NCBI GenBank assembly: GCA_951406725.2
Contig: OX597831.1
Span: forward strand, 26,102,001-26,166,000
DNA: 64,000 nucleotides
Direction of reading: 5' to 3'
Source of the DNA: Octopus vulgaris
Taxonomy: Eukaryota
Shown here: piece by piece, positions 12,626 to 26,439 of the stretch
How positions within the stretch are numbered: the first letter of the stretch is position 1
Layout: the number at the start of each line of letters is the position of its first letter
Notes under the pieces: model-generated
The model's input: only the letters and a program-made list of their open reading frames with translations
Databases searched by the model: none
What the model was told of the DNA's origin: nothing
Program-made: the position numbers and the translations under genes

Positions 12626-13727
12626 GGCAGTGAGCTTAGCAGCATTTCATTCATCTTTATATTCAAAGTTCAAATGAAGTCAACATTGCTTTTCATCATT
12701 TTGGCAAAAGAGACCCACAGAATATGTACCTGGCTTAAAAAAAACAATAAATAAATGCTGGGGTCAATTTGTTCAACTAAGCCCTTCAAGGCAAAAAAAA
12801 TGTGTAAAGATCAAAAGGTAGTTTTGACAAGTTTAAACAGTTGGAAAACATTGTGATTTTATTAAACATACCAATTTCTCAAACCCCTTTCAGTCATCAG
12901 AAGCTAGTTTTTCTCATAAGAGGATTGTGCCCTTCCCCCGATGCGAAACTTTTGCCTGATGGACATAGCTACTGAATCAGTCATGAATCCAAAAATACTC
13001 ACACTTGGAAATTACTGGACAGTCATAAATGATGTGGTCAGTCATCTCTTTATAACAATTGCATAGTCTAGACTTGATGTTATTTTTATTTCCCATTTAT
13101 TTTGGTTTTGTAATTATCTTTGATTTGGCATTGCTCCTGTCTATTATTATCATTATTAACACCAAGTCTATCATAAAACTTGACCTGTCACCTTCCTTTG
13201 GACATAAGGGCAAGCGGTCTTCCTCTATCTGTTGGCTATAATAGAAAAGGTTCTATGTTAGACAGACTTATAAGGACCAAGGAGCAGCATTTCCTTCTTT
13301 AGTCAAGCCCTTATCAATTTGTCTTAAAGAGGCAAGTTATGATGAAAAGAGAGATCTTATCTCCTTCTACGGGGAGCTACGAGAATGCCATAAGTGAATG
13401 GGTCTACTCTCAAAGTACACCAATAAGATGGAGAACACATCTAAGAGAAGATACATGGCCTCAGTAAAAAGGATCATTCTGAATCCATGGAGTTCCCTGT
13501 TTGATCCCATGAGGATATTCCATTGATGAAACATTTCATTTATTTTATACTATTGTTTTTCCTGTCTATTTTTTCATATTCAGTCCTATGTTTTCATGCC
13601 TAGAGCCTTTGCCCCTATTATTACTGGCACTGTTCTATTTTCATACCCCACATCCCTAGATTTCAATTATAATTTTCTAGCACTTAGTTTCTCCACCTCT
13701 ATGATTTGAACAGAGGGAATTGAGATA

Positions 13728-13892
13728 GGCGTAAGAGTGGCTGTGTGGTAAGTACCTTGCTTATGAACCACATGGTTCTGGGTTCAGTCCCACTGCATGG
13801 CACCTTGGGCAAGTGTCTTCTACTATAGACTCAGGTTGACCAAAGCCTTGTGAATGGATTTGGTAGACAGAAACTGAAAGAAGCCTGTCGTA

Positions 13893-13943
<51 letters not shown>

Positions 13944-14162
13944 ATGTGTATATGTTTGTGTGTCTATGTTTGTCCCTCCAACATCGCTTCACAGCCGATG
14001 CCGGTGTGCTTACATACCCGTAACTTAGCAGTTCAGCAAAAGAGACTGATAGAATAAGTACTGGGCTTACAAAGAATAAGTCCTGGATTTGATTTGCTCG
14101 ACTAAAGGCAGTGCTCCAGCATGGCCACAGTCAAATGACTGAAATGAGTAAAAGAGTAAAAA
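13728..14162 (+). mobile_element. SINE family A, full length
   Basis: Complete head, body and GAGTAAAAGAGTAAA tail. Confidence 0.92.
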
Positions 14163-14227
14163 TTATATCTATCAAATTACAGACATTTTCATTCAATTAC
14201 GGTTATTAGTATTAGAAAATATTATAA

Positions 14228-14445
14228 GGTAGCAAGCTGGCAGAATCTTTAGCACATAAGACAAAACGCTTAGTGGTGTTTCATCTGTCTTTATGTTCTG
14301 AGTTCAAATTCAGCTGAGGTCATCTTTGTCTTTCATCCTTTTCAGGTTTGATAAAATAAGTACCAGTTGAGTACTTGGGGTTGATGTAACCAACTTAACC
14401 TCTTCCCTGAAGTTGCTGGCCTTGTGCCAAAATTTAGAATCAACA
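14228..14445 (+). mobile_element. SINE family C (tRNA-like head, Meta-domain-like CTTTCATCCTTT...GATAAAATAAGTACCAG)
   Basis: GCTGGCAGAAT...GAGTTCAAATTC head plus the central domain. Confidence 0.8.
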
Positions 14446-14955
14446 TTAGAAAATATCATTACTACTGCTGCTGCATGTATCAGCAGCATTGGTGGTGCTC
14501 CCCACCCCAACACGTTTGGCTATATCCGTCTTAATCTGTTAATCAGCAAACTTCTTGACTAACTAAATCAGGGTGATTAGTAAACAGGATGAAACAAGCT
14601 TCAGCTATTACAGTGCACTCCACACTAACAAATGTAAACTTAAGTATGTAATACTTGGTTGACTAAATATCCTTCTCCTTCAGAAAGATTAATCCAGTTA
14701 TTTAGCAACAATTTCTAATCTTTAATGTACTTTGTCTTCCAACAGCATTTGCTTCTTTAGACTTGTTTACTCCACAGTTAAATATACAATTCACACCTAC
14801 ATCTTATATTTTAGCAATGAACTGCAACTTAATAACTTGGTAATCCTCTACAACATTTTCCCTATCCATCTTTCCAAGTGCATCCAACCGGAACATTCTA
14901 TCACATACATATCTTTACCAAGCATCAATGCTCATAGATGCAAGTTAACCATTAA

Positions 14956-15372
14956 CCTGTTTCTTTACTACCCACAAGGGGCTAAACACAGAAGGGACAA
15001 ACAATGACACACAAATGAATTAAGTAGATTATATCGACCCCAGAGTACAACTAGTACATATTTAATTGACCCCGAAAAGATGAAAGGCAAAATCGACCTC
15101 GGCGGAATTTGAACTCAGAATGTAGCGGTAGACAAAATACCTATTTCTTTATTACCCACAAGGGGCTAAACATAGAGGGGACAAACAAGGACAGACATAG
15201 GTATTAAGTCAATTACATCGACCCCAGTGCACAACTGGTACTTATTTAATCGATCCCGAAAGGATGAAAGGCAAAGTCGACCTCGGCGGAATTTGAACTC
15301 AGAATGTAGTGGCAGACAAAATACCGCTAAGCATTTCGCCCGGCGTGCTAACGATTCTGCCACCTTGCTGCC
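14956..15372 (-). mobile_element. SINE family C, one head plus two tandem body units
   Basis: Two units of about 185 bp; junction GACAAAATACC|TATTTCTTT near 15141. Confidence 0.88.
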
Positions 15373-15549
15373 TAACCAAAACTTAGCAATCTAGCAGGTT
15401 TCAAGAGGCTCCTTAGTACTAAAGACTTTTGTCATTTCCCTTAGACTCAGCAGTACGTAAAATACATATGTTTATTTATCTTACATTCAGATTATCTAAA
15501 CCAAACTTATTAGTTTACTCAGGTACATATCTGTAGTTATTTTACTTTG

Positions 15550-15688
15550 ATTGGCATTAAGAAGGGCATCCAGCTGTAGAAACTCTGCCAGATCAAGATT
15601 GGATCCATCTAGTTTGCCAGCCCTCAGTCAAATCGTCCAACCCATGCTAGCATGGAAAGCAGATGTTAAATGATGATGATGATGATGT
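15550..15688 (+). mobile_element. Family B 3' fragment
   Basis: GAAGGGCATCCAGCTGTAG...CATGGAAAGC plus GAT tail. Confidence 0.8.
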
Positions 15689-15930
15689 ATATCTTGATTT
15701 ATACTAAAAGTCCATCCTAGTTGTAGGACTACCTACATCAGATTATCAATTAGTTCAAAAATAGATTATTGTATCACAAAATCTTTCTATAAGTCTTTTT
15801 ATATTTCTTCAAATTGTAATAATTTAGTCTTTGGTTTTGTATTAATTCAACTAATTGCTTTCTTCTGTGAACATCATACCTTAGGTGAAGTGATATTTTA
15901 AATATTTTTTCAACAATTTTTTTTTTTTGA

Positions 15931-16545
15931 TGAGGGAGTGCTGAGAAGTTCCTTGGCAGACACCCATAAAATTATTAACCATCTTACAAACAATAACTCT
16001 GAGCACCTTTTCAAACTCCACCTGTCTAACACCCGTGGACATGTTTACAAAGTCAGAAAACAGCACAGCTCCCATGACTTTCGGAAACATTTTTTCACAC
16101 TAAGATTTGCTTAAGTATGGAACAAACTGCCGGCATCAGTTGTTAGTTGTTGGAGCATTGCATCCTTCAAAACCTCCATGCTTCCTGAGATTCGCCAACA
16201 CTACACCTGATTTTCTCCCCTCCATACACATGCAAGCATGTATCTGACCCATACACTGTTCACTTCTCAGACATTTGTACATTACTGCATATGCTTTATA
16301 TGCACTTTTGACAAGTTGGGGTGCACCTGAGCACTGTATACAATAATTTCATTATTATTATTTTTTTTAAGGGTATTTTGAAAGGCCTGGTTGGTGGCCC
16401 AACCTTCCAAGTTCTTTTACAGGGCTTAAAAAACTGAAGGACCTGCAATAAGTGTGTGAATCTGGGAAGGGATTATGTTGAATAAAATCATAATTTACAG
16501 ATCCTCCTGTATTTTCTTTTACCCAAAGCCATGAACTTTTCAAAT
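15931..16545 (+). mobile_element. Deleted mariner element interrupted by a CR1-like insertion
   Basis: TIR-like GAGGGAGTGCTGAGAAGTTCC and GCCATGAACTTTTCA; right part frameshift-translates GLKKLKD..NKCVNLGRDYVE*, the mariner C-terminus. Confidence 0.7.
15956..16362 (+). mobile_element. CR1-like LINE 3' end with ATT tail
   Basis: Translates NTRGHVYKVRKQHSSHDFRKHFF...VWNKLPASVVSC..IASFK, the typical CR1 ORF2 C-terminus. Confidence 0.8.
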
Positions 16546-16914
16546 GGAACATGCTTTACAATGTGTATGTCATGCCTTCTCCAGCCTTGAACAAATGCTC
16601 ATGTGTTCAGCTTAGAATAATATCTCCCAGGTGCACCAATAGTCAACTGCATCTTATCTACAAGTGGGTAAATAACATTTAAGTTCTGTTTCTATAGTCA
16701 GAGTGCCATATACTGCAGTGTAGGATAATTAATTGATATACCTATAACAGTAGTACAATACAAAATTAACTAGGCTACTTCTAAATTTTGTATATTCAAA
16801 GAGAAGGTTTTGCTGAAATTATGATTGTATTGTTTGATAAATAATTTAAAATATTAATCCAACCCATGCTAGCATGGAAAACGGACGTTAAACGATGATG
16901 ATGAATTAAACATA

Positions 16915-17085
16915 GATGCAGGTACGGCTGTGTGGTAAAAAGTTTGGTTCCCAACTAAATGGTTCTGGGTTCAATTCCACTATATGGAAACTTGAGCAAG
17001 TGTCTCTTACTATAGCCCTGGACTGACCAAAGCCTTGTGAGTGGGTTTGTTACATAGAAGTTGCAAGATTCCTGCTGTATATATA
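16915..17085 (+). mobile_element. SINE family A 5' half, preceded by a family B tail at 16858-16903
   Basis: GGCTGTGTGGTAA...AAAGCCTTGTGAGTGG. Confidence 0.8.
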
Positions 17086-17249
17086 TATCAGGGACATGCC
17101 GCCTAGGTAGGCAAGGTAGGCACTGCCTACCTTGAATAAAATGGATCAATAGCAACAGTTTCCTTTTATGGCAAAATATGCACCTAATTCAATAAAATTA
17201 TGAAAGTCACTCTGAATAAGTACCAGCCTTGAAGAATTCTTAGTCTAAT

Positions 17250-17578
17250 GAATTGACCTCAGTACTTATTTTCTCTTAAATGCTGGTACATATTCTATCA
17301 GTCTCCTTTTGCCAAGCGACCAAGTTATGGGGACGTAAACTAACCAACACTGGTTGTCAAGTGGTGGGGGAAGGGGACAAACACAGACACAAAAATATGT
17401 GCACGCACACACACAATGGGCTTCTTTTGGTTTCCATCTACCAAATCCACTCTCAAGGCTTTGGTCGGCCCAAGGCTATAGTAGAAGACACTTGCCCACA
17501 GTGCCATGCAGTGGAACTGAACCCAGAACCATGTTGTTGAGAAGCAAGCCTCTTACCACGCAGTTATGCCTGCACCTG
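17250..17578 (-). mobile_element. SINE family A
   Basis: Reverse complement of head and body. Confidence 0.85.
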
Positions 17579-18580
17579 TATAAATATTCTGAGTCTGAAT
17601 TTTACATCTCCAATAGTCAGTAATTGATAAAATATGTACCAGTAATTCATTGATCTCATTTCAATTGATTATAATTTTTGGCTGTATGGTAATAAGAATA
17701 TTTAGCCTGTATGTACACTCATAGATTTTTTTCCCCTGCACATGCATGTTCCCACTCTCCACTTCCCCACCACCACCACCACCAAATGGTGTTTAACAAT
17801 TTGTATCAAATAAATAGAATGGTCTTATTAAAAATCAAGATAATATTAGGAAAGATCAATAAATTAATAGTTGTATGAATGAACACATGTTCAATGATAC
17901 TGCACAAGACATACAGATGTATTCATTATTGATCTTCGATAAAAACAACCATGTTAACGCAATCAGTAATTTAACATTGAAAAGTGATTTAGAAAAGTCT
18001 GTTAATCTATTCCTTGAGAAATGTTTATTTCCATATAGACTTCCATTAATGTAGCTTCGGACAGATTCTCTTTCAGCTGATTTTTCATTAAAACATGCTC
18101 GAATTCTGTAGAAGTTGAATATTTACAAATGTGAATATTGTAATATTTTTTTTAATTTTTACAAAGAAAATTTTAGTATTTTAGGAAAATTAATTTTATT
18201 TTATTTTATATTCTCACATTAAGGTTATTAAAAGAATGTTCTGTGTGTAATATTTGGAATATTATTGATGGATTTTTATGCAGGGCATTATTGTGAATAT
18301 GTAACCTGACGAAAGCTATTCCTCTTAAGTAAAAAGTTTCCTTAACTTTAGCTGAATAATGTAAAAGTAACAAAATACTTATCTACTATGCATTAGTTTC
18401 AATGCTGATAATGGTCGGCTTCTATAGAGATTTTTTCATCACTGCCTTACCCAAGAACACAGGACAGAATTAGGAAGATGACATTATGTATGAACCCATA
18501 AGCCATTTGTAGTAGTGTCCTTTGGCTTCAGCTACCCTCAGTTCTGGGCATCACTGTGAAGAGTATTATTATCATTCAAG

Positions 18581-18772
18581 ATGGCAGAATCATTAGCATG
18601 TTGGGCAAAATGTTTTGTGGCATTTCATTTGTCTTTACGTTCTGAGTTCAAATTCCATCAAAGTCGACTTTGCCTTTCATCTTTTCAGGGTCAATAAAAT
18701 ACCAGTCAAGTACTGGGGTTGATGTGATCGACTATCCCACTCCCCAGACCTTGTGCCTATAATAGAAAGGTT
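18581..18772 (+). mobile_element. SINE family C
   Basis: TGGCAGAATC...GTCGACTTTGCCTTTCATC. Confidence 0.8.
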
Positions 18773-18780
18773 TATTATTA

Positions 18781-18821
<41 letters not shown>

Positions 18822-19242
18822 GAAGAGTGGTGAATGACAGAATAGTTAGTATCCTCACAGAATTTAGTTCAAATCCTACCCTGGTTAACTTTATCAATAG
18901 TCCTTCCATAGTCAATAGAATAACTACCATTTCTGTACCCTGAAAGGAAACAATAATTTACTCCATTGCAGTATTTTTGTCCCTTTTTGAGGTTAAATCC
19001 CTTCATAATTGACTTTATTTCCTGCACTGATTTGATGATTCCCCACTGCTCCAAATTTGAAATACTGTTCCAATTTAAGAAATTGCTACATACCTTGCAT
19101 TATTTAGTCACAACTCAAATCTCAACAAGATCAATTTTGATCTTCGTCTCTCTGGGGTGGGAGTGGGGGTCAATAAATTTAAGTGTCAATCTAGTATTCA
19201 AGTCAATGATGGTGACTAAAACCCTTGCTCTCAACATTGCTG

Positions 19243-19450
19243 GCTGCCGGGCAAAATGCTTAGCGGTATTTCGTTTGCTGCTACGTTCTGAGTTCAAATT
19301 CCGTCGAGGTTGACTTTGCCTTTCATCCTTCTGGGGTCGATTAAATAAGTACCAGTTACGCCCTGGAGTCGATATAATCGACTTAATCCGTTTTTCTATC
19401 CTTGTTTGTCCCCTCTGTGTATAGCCCCTTGTGGGTAATAAAGATATAAG
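19243..19450 (+). mobile_element. SINE family C, 5' truncated
   Basis: GCTTAGCGGTATTTCG...CCCCTTGTGGGTAATAAAG. Confidence 0.85.
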
Positions 19451-21458
19451 AAATAAGCAGAGAAACAGCAGTAGTAGTAGTAGCAGTAGTAGCAGTAGTA
19501 GTAGTAGTAGTGTCACACGAGACCAGATCTTTGTAATCACTTATGCAACTATCTTTACATCACTTCACTTCAGCTGTTTTTCTTTGGAGAGATAGCATAA
19601 GATAGGAGGTAAGGTTGCTTCTAATATTATATGTAGACTTTGTAAGTAAGCAACATCCATCATTACAAAGAAAGGAAACTCTATGCAGTCATTCCATCTG
19701 TTATTTCCAGCAGATGGAGACTCAACATTCGTGTCTCTCTCAAACCACACATTTACTGCTTTAACAATAGAATTGAATAATGTTATCCCTGACGTACAGA
19801 AAGACAGAATGATCATGTCTGAAATGCCTTTGCTTATACTTTGTTCTAAGGCCAAACAATAATAACTAGTATATATAATAACCCTATATAATAACTGTTT
19901 ACACAAAGAAAAATATTGTAATAATCTTTGTTTTAGTTGAATTGCTGTGGTTAGCATGTATAATTATATTAGCAATATGCAACCTATATTTTGTTAATAT
20001 AACCTAATTTATCTCAACGTTGTGTCTAGCTTGAGAAACAATCTTATATTACTACTGGTGTGTTTTCTAAACTGTATTGTTCAGCATCCAAATAGATTTC
20101 AAAATTTCAATAGAATTTCATTTCCTTCCGTTTTTAAGTGGAAAATTTACGATGAAAATATAAATAGTTGAGAAACATTGTCTGTGTGGATGGAGACAAT
20201 CCCAGAAGATTGAATTAGGACCAACATCAGAGTAAGCAGATCAATAACTTACAACAGTATCTATACATGGGTAATAACTAATACCACAAGAGTCAGAACC
20301 TATAAATAGAAGCTGTATTTAAGAATAAAGTCAGTTCTAAAGTAAATGTGAAATAAGAAAATAGCTAACTTACTGGATTAGCAGTGCAATGGCTTGTGAA
20401 TTCAAATTTATTGTCAGTCTCAGTGCACAAGGGAAATGGCTTAATGGATAAGGTATTGGGCTACTGTTTCTTGGTTTATGAGTTCAACTCTATCACTAGC
20501 ATTTTGTCATGTTTTTGTGCAGAACTCTTTATTTCAAATATTTTACTGTCAAGAATATATGCAAGTACTTCAAGAGAAAGTTATGTAAAAACACGGGCTT
20601 CCAGTCCAGAGGAAAATGTATCTCATATTTACTTAATGTGAATAAGGTACCACTCTAAAGGGTCCCTGAAGTTTGTAATACATTTAATGCTCCAAGGCAG
20701 ATCTGAATAAATTAAGGAAACTGATTTTTAAAATGTATAAAAGATGTTTGTACAAAATATATATACATATATAGAGAGAAAGAGTGCTTTAGTTTCCAAA
20801 CTTTAACATCTCCAGAATATCTCTTTCTTGGTTAGTTTGTTTTGTTTTCATTTGGGATTCTCAGGAAGGAAGACAAACAATTCTAAATCGTTCATTTCAT
20901 GTCCATTTTCTATGCTTGGAATAGTTTAGGAAAATTTTATCATCTACGTATCATTCCATGTAGTGAATTTGTTTCTTAAATGTTTTTACCTCCTAATCTT
21001 TCTTCTGTAAAATCTTTATTTTTGATCTCTGATTACAAAAGAGTACAATAGCTGTTTTTCACTTCTGAATCTGTCCAAGCACTTTGATTCACAAACTCTA
21101 AATCTTGTCTCTATATCATAACTTTTGTACCTTTAAGTATGTGGGAGTCTTTTAATATTGAGAAAATTAATGAACTGAGTTATCAGCCTTAAATTATCAA
21201 GAAACAATATTACTTTTCCAGCTTTTTGAGGTTAAACAACATTTTGCCACTGCTTATTTCATCTCAGTAAAACTTATTTCATCTCTGTAAATTTTAAAAT
21301 AGCATTTATGTTACCAAAGTCTACGTCTTTGGATTCATCTCTGACACATCCTTTGCAATAACATCTGTCAATTTTTCTCCAAGTCAGTTTTTTTTTTTTT
21401 GTTTATCAGAAAATGAAGAAAGCATTTCAAGAGGTGTTACATATTTCTTCCAACATGA

Positions 21459-21459
<1 letters not shown>

Positions 21460-21515
<56 letters not shown>

Positions 21516-21537
21516 CATGCATGTATGTATGTATGTA

Positions 21538-21600
<63 letters not shown>
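21460..21600. repeat. (GT)n/(GTAT)n microsatellite
   Basis: Directly visible. Confidence 0.95.
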
Positions 21601-22271
21601 TTGTCATTGTTCAGTTTTGTTTCCAGATTTCATGCTAATAGAGAAAGAGTTGGTCTCTAACCTAGATCCAAAGTTCCTTCATTGGAATTTCAACATCAAC
21701 AACAGGATAATTTTGTTTGTATGTATACATGCAGATTTGTATGTTTTGCTTTATGTATGTATTCTCATGCATATAGCAGCATATCTGGACATGCTCATAT
21801 ATATTTAAATGATAAACTTCTAGAAAGTTTTACAGACTTTTACAATTCCAGTGATGGACTGAATCTGTAGTCTTTGAATTAGCTTTCTCCTTTCTGGTTT
21901 TGACAAGCCTAATTTTTCAAGATCCCAGGGCCCCAATAATTACAGGTATAAACCTCAGCTTGTAATCTGGATAGAGTAACTGCAGATTTCTCAATAGTTC
22001 AGCCTAGGTGTTCTCTTTATCACTGATCATCAGCTTTATGTTAACATACGCTGGACAGCTAATTTCCACAACTGTGCACAGTTTCTCTTCTCTATTCCAA
22101 ATCATTATATCAGGTCTGTTGTGCTTACATTTTATTGAGATCTTCACTGGGACATTCCACCAGTACACCTTAGATCTTTTTATTATGAGTGGCTATGACT
22201 TCTACCACACTGTGGGTTCTTATTTCTTTTCCTCAAGGTTATCCTTCCAATGGATTTCATTATACCTACAA

Positions 22272-22540
22272 CATGGGTTGGATGATTTGACTGAGGACTG
22301 GTGAACCAAATGGCTACACCAGGCTCCAATCTGATCTGGCAGCGACCTGGCAATGACCTTGCTCAAATGTTTTTTCATGTGCCACCAGCACAATGCCAGT
22401 AAGACAACACTGGTAACGATCATGCTCAGATGGTGCTATTAGCGCCCATTAGCATGGATGCCAGTCATTGAATTTGATTTCGATTTCACTTGCCTCAACA
22501 GGTCTTCGCAAGCAGAGTTTATTGTCCAATGAAGGAAAGG
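22272..22540 (-). mobile_element. Family B, internally deleted
   Basis: CATGGGTTGGATGATTTGACTGAGGACTGG...CCAATCTGATCTGGCAG. Confidence 0.7.
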
Positions 22541-22592
22541 TAATATATATATGTATATATATATATATTATGTAATATGTATATATTACATA

Positions 22593-22748
22593 CATGTATG
22601 GCACTTATAAAAACAAAGATGTATACATACATACACACACTTAGACACGTGTGTGTATGTGTGTATGTTCATGTATATTTGTGTTCATGTATGTGTGTCT
22701 AAGTGTGTATGTATGTGTACATCTTTGTTTATAAGTGCAATACATGTA
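22593..22748. repeat. Inverted repeat with arms of about 55 bp
   Basis: GCACTTATAAAAACAAAGATGTA...CTTAGACAC versus GTGTCTAAG...TACATCTTTGTTTATAAGTGC. Confidence 0.8.
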
Positions 22749-23439
22749 CATTATATGTCAAATTATGTAGCTTTCAGATAGAGATTGTGTTGAAAGTTTA
22801 TCTAAATCTCTGTAGAAAAGACTATTGGACAACCTTGTAATAACATTTTATAAAACAGGAACTGAAACTACAGTTCTAATGTTATCAACATCGATTATTT
22901 TGTTAGAGACATTCTAAGAATCCATGTGACAATATTGATTTACTATAGCATTCTCAGTTTCTACGAGAGTTACTTATAGTGCTTAGAACTTGTCTAATTG
23001 ACTTCAGTAAACACCAAATTCTATTTAAGCTTATAATTCTCTTTGACACATCTGTCAATGGAGTAGCTTCAAACAGTTATTTATGGACTTCAAACAGTTT
23101 CAGATTGAAACTAGATATTTCAATGCATTTGGTAAAATAGTTTTTTTATAATTTATAGCCAATTAATTAAATTATAATTCTGTCACCAATGACCTTATTT
23201 GGAATTTACTATGCTTTTCTCTTTTTCTGGCAGGGAAGCAATATCCCTGACTGCAGTTGCTGCTGCTGATCTGCCAAGATGGCTCAAGTGTTGTTAATAT
23301 TCTATTAAAACATCTGTAGAAAGACATGTACTGAAGAATATATGAGCAGAAATGATGTGATGACATGTTTTATGTAGGATATAGAAGATATGACAAGGAA
23401 AGGAAGGATAGTCTTTGGGTTAAAAATTATATGTAGCTT

Positions 23440-23831
23440 GTTTACTCTTTTACTTGTTTCAGTCATTTGACTGTGGTCATGCTGGAGCACCACCTTTAGT
23501 CAACCAAATCGACCCCAGGACTTATTCTTTGTAAACCTGGTACTTATTCTATTGGTCTCTTTTACCAAACCACTAAGTTATGGGGGAACATAAACACACC
23601 AGCATCGGTTGTCAAGCAATGTTGCGGGGACAAACACAGACACACAAACATATACACACACATACATATATACGACAGGCTTCTTTCAGTTTCCGTCTAC
23701 CAAATCCACTCACAAGGCTTTGGTCAGCCTGAGGCTATAGTAGAAGACACTTGCCCAAGGTGCCACACAGTGGGACTGAACTCGGAACCATGTGGTTCAT
23801 TAGCAAGCTACTTACCACACAGCCACTCCTA
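23440..23831 (-). mobile_element. SINE family A, full length
   Basis: Reverse complement of the 13728 copy. Confidence 0.92.
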
Positions 23832-24044
23832 TTCAAATTATTTTGTCAACTGTAATGCTTTATTATTCACATTGTTTTGAATTAATAATGTATTATCTCA
23901 TAGCTTGGAGGTTTTGATAAGTGATTGTTTATTTTTAGAATGACATTATAGAGTGGGTGCAAGAGGTCAGATTTGTCCAGTTTAAGCATAAATCAAGTAG
24001 AATATATGGGCCAGATTTTGCAGGTTTAAATGCTGAAGGATTAA
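23832..24044 (-). mobile_element. piggyBac-type MITE family P2, degenerate
   Basis: Homologous to 52361-52588; ends TTTAAATGCTGAAGGATTAA. Confidence 0.65.
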
Positions 24045-24696
24045 AGGAGTAGTTGTCATTTTATTTATTTGTTTAAAGCAGCAGTTGTCATTATGTCTGT
24101 TGTAATGGAGACAAAAAGGGAAAACAGCGTGACTATGGGTCTTACCAAGTTACTTCAGAGATAGTCAGCAACTGGTCTATGTTTATGATAGAGTATTTTC
24201 TGGCTGCAAAGAGGAAACCTAGTCTTTTGTATGCAGTTTTGCCCCTGTCATGCATGTGGGGCAGCCATGAGTTATAATCAGAGGTTCTGAAACCCAACAC
24301 TTCAAGGTTTATTATTTATAAAGAAAGACTAATTCTTTGATATGTGTAACAACTGTATTTTTGAGGTACTGAAGGAGGATTCAACTATTTTAATTAAATA
24401 CAGATTATATGTTACATAATCTTGTGTTTTATTTTTAGTTGGTATTAACTAATTACTCAGATCAAAATATCAATATGTTTTCAAAAATCGGGTGATTACA
24501 TAATAAAGATAACAATGTCAGAATTTAAGTGATGTCGCTAAATATCAGTCTATAAATGTTATTTTTTACTACACCATCTGTTTTGTCAGTTACAAATGTT
24601 TTAGAAAGGAAGACATTTAAGAACTCTGAAAATGTTTCGTTAAAAAGCTTCATGATTAAACATCATAAGAGTGAAAGAGGAAAATATCTTATTTCT

Positions 24697-25295
24697 TATT
24701 TCTTTACTGCCCACAAGGGGCTAAACATAGAGGGAATAAACAAGGACAGACAAAGAGATTAAGTCGATTACATCGACCCCAGTGCATAACTGGTACTTAT
24801 TTAATCGACCCTGAAATGATGAAAGGCAAAGTCAACCTCAGTGGAATTTAAACTCAGGACGTAACGGCAGACAAAATACCTATTTCTTTACTACCCAGAA
24901 GGGGCTAAACACAGAGAGGACAAACAAGGACAGACAAAGAGATTTAGTCGATTACATCAACCCCAGTGTGTAACAGGTACTTATTTAATCGACCCTAAAA
25001 TGATGAAAGGCAAAGTCGACCTCGGTGGAATTTGAACTCAGAATGTAAAGACAGACGAAATACCTATTTCTTTACTACCCACAAGGGGCTAAACACAGAG
25101 AGGACAAACAAGGACAGGCAAAGAGATTAAGCCGATTACATTGACCCCAGTGCGTAACTGGTACTTATTTAATCAACCCCGAAAGGATGAAAAGCAAAGT
25201 CAACCTCAGCGGAATTTGAACTCAGAATGTAAAGACAGACGAAATACTGCTAAGCATTTTGCCTGGCATGTTAACATTTCTGCCAGCTCGCCGCC
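24697..25295 (-). mobile_element. SINE family C, one head plus three tandem 184-bp body units
   Basis: Units start near 24697, 24881 and 25065; intact GGCGGCGAGCTGGCAGAA head at 25295. Confidence 0.9.
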
Positions 25296-26439
25296 TTCAT
25301 TTTTTTAACGGGCACCACACTGAATAAAAGACAGTTGGTGTACACAGCATCACCTAGTTAATGTAGCACTTTTAAACAGTAACTCACAATCTATGAAGAA
25401 TGGAAGCAGTCGAGGAGGGGAAAATAGAGCTAAAAAGGAAGCAAAAATGTAACATCATGAGGGTTGCTTTTATGCTGGAATAAGTTTTATAGCGAATGGA
25501 TTCAAAGCCAGTTTTCCTGAGGACTTCAGAGTTAGAGATATGTTGCTACCCTTTGATGTTCGTCATGGCTCTCAGATGTCGCATGACAGAAGTACTGATC
25601 TTTTGATTTGTATTTTTGTAAAGTGTCTAAAGTTCTGGTAGTATCACACAGACAACTGAAATAGCTGTTTGTCATATCTTTTCATGGGTTTCATATTGAG
25701 TCCTTGGCTGACACATTTATTCTCAAGTCACCTAGTTCTCAAGGTTGTATGAAAATAGTAAAGTCAGTGCTAGAAAGAAGTGAGAAATATCTATCAATTA
25801 AGATTAGAGAGGTGAAAATAACTCATTGTCTAAATGAGTAAATTTGGTCATAATAAAGGCAAAGGAGGTAACTCTGAAATTTAAGATGTTAATTAATAAA
25901 ATACTGTGAATTCAATTTTTTCTATTATGATAACAACTCCAAATATGTTTTATGTTTCAGTTTAACTGTGAGTGTCAGCCTTTCAAATGACTGGGGAGGA
26001 TATAAGGTTTTAGGGGTGAAATGATTAGAAAGAGGAGTAACTAGGGATTAAAAGGTGTTAAAATAATGATGGTGACTATTTTACTTACTGTTCAGAATTC
26101 AATTATATTCCAGAAAATCGAATGAACAATTGCCATAACTTTCAAGCTGATCCCTAGCACTTGAACCTCTTAGGTCTTGGAGAAGAAGTGTGACCCCCAT
26201 TTCATAAACTGAGCCTTTATTTATGTAGCATAAAGAATGGCCATGTTTCATTCCCTGTCTCCAGATCAAAAAACAAAAAAAAAATCATCTTCATTGACTT
26301 CAAATGCTTCCAGCAGATTGGAGAAGACTTCCACTGTTCTCTCTTTTAATTCAGGTGTCAACTGCCAAGTACCTATTTTGCTCACACTTTCTGATACCCA
26401 AAGTCCTCCTCCATATTCTGTAATGCTTTGTAACTATAT

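Noticed and set aside
23210-23300. Strong acceptor TTTTCTCTTTTTCTGGCAG at about 23233
   Set aside because: All frames stop quickly and no good donor follows; at most a UTR exon
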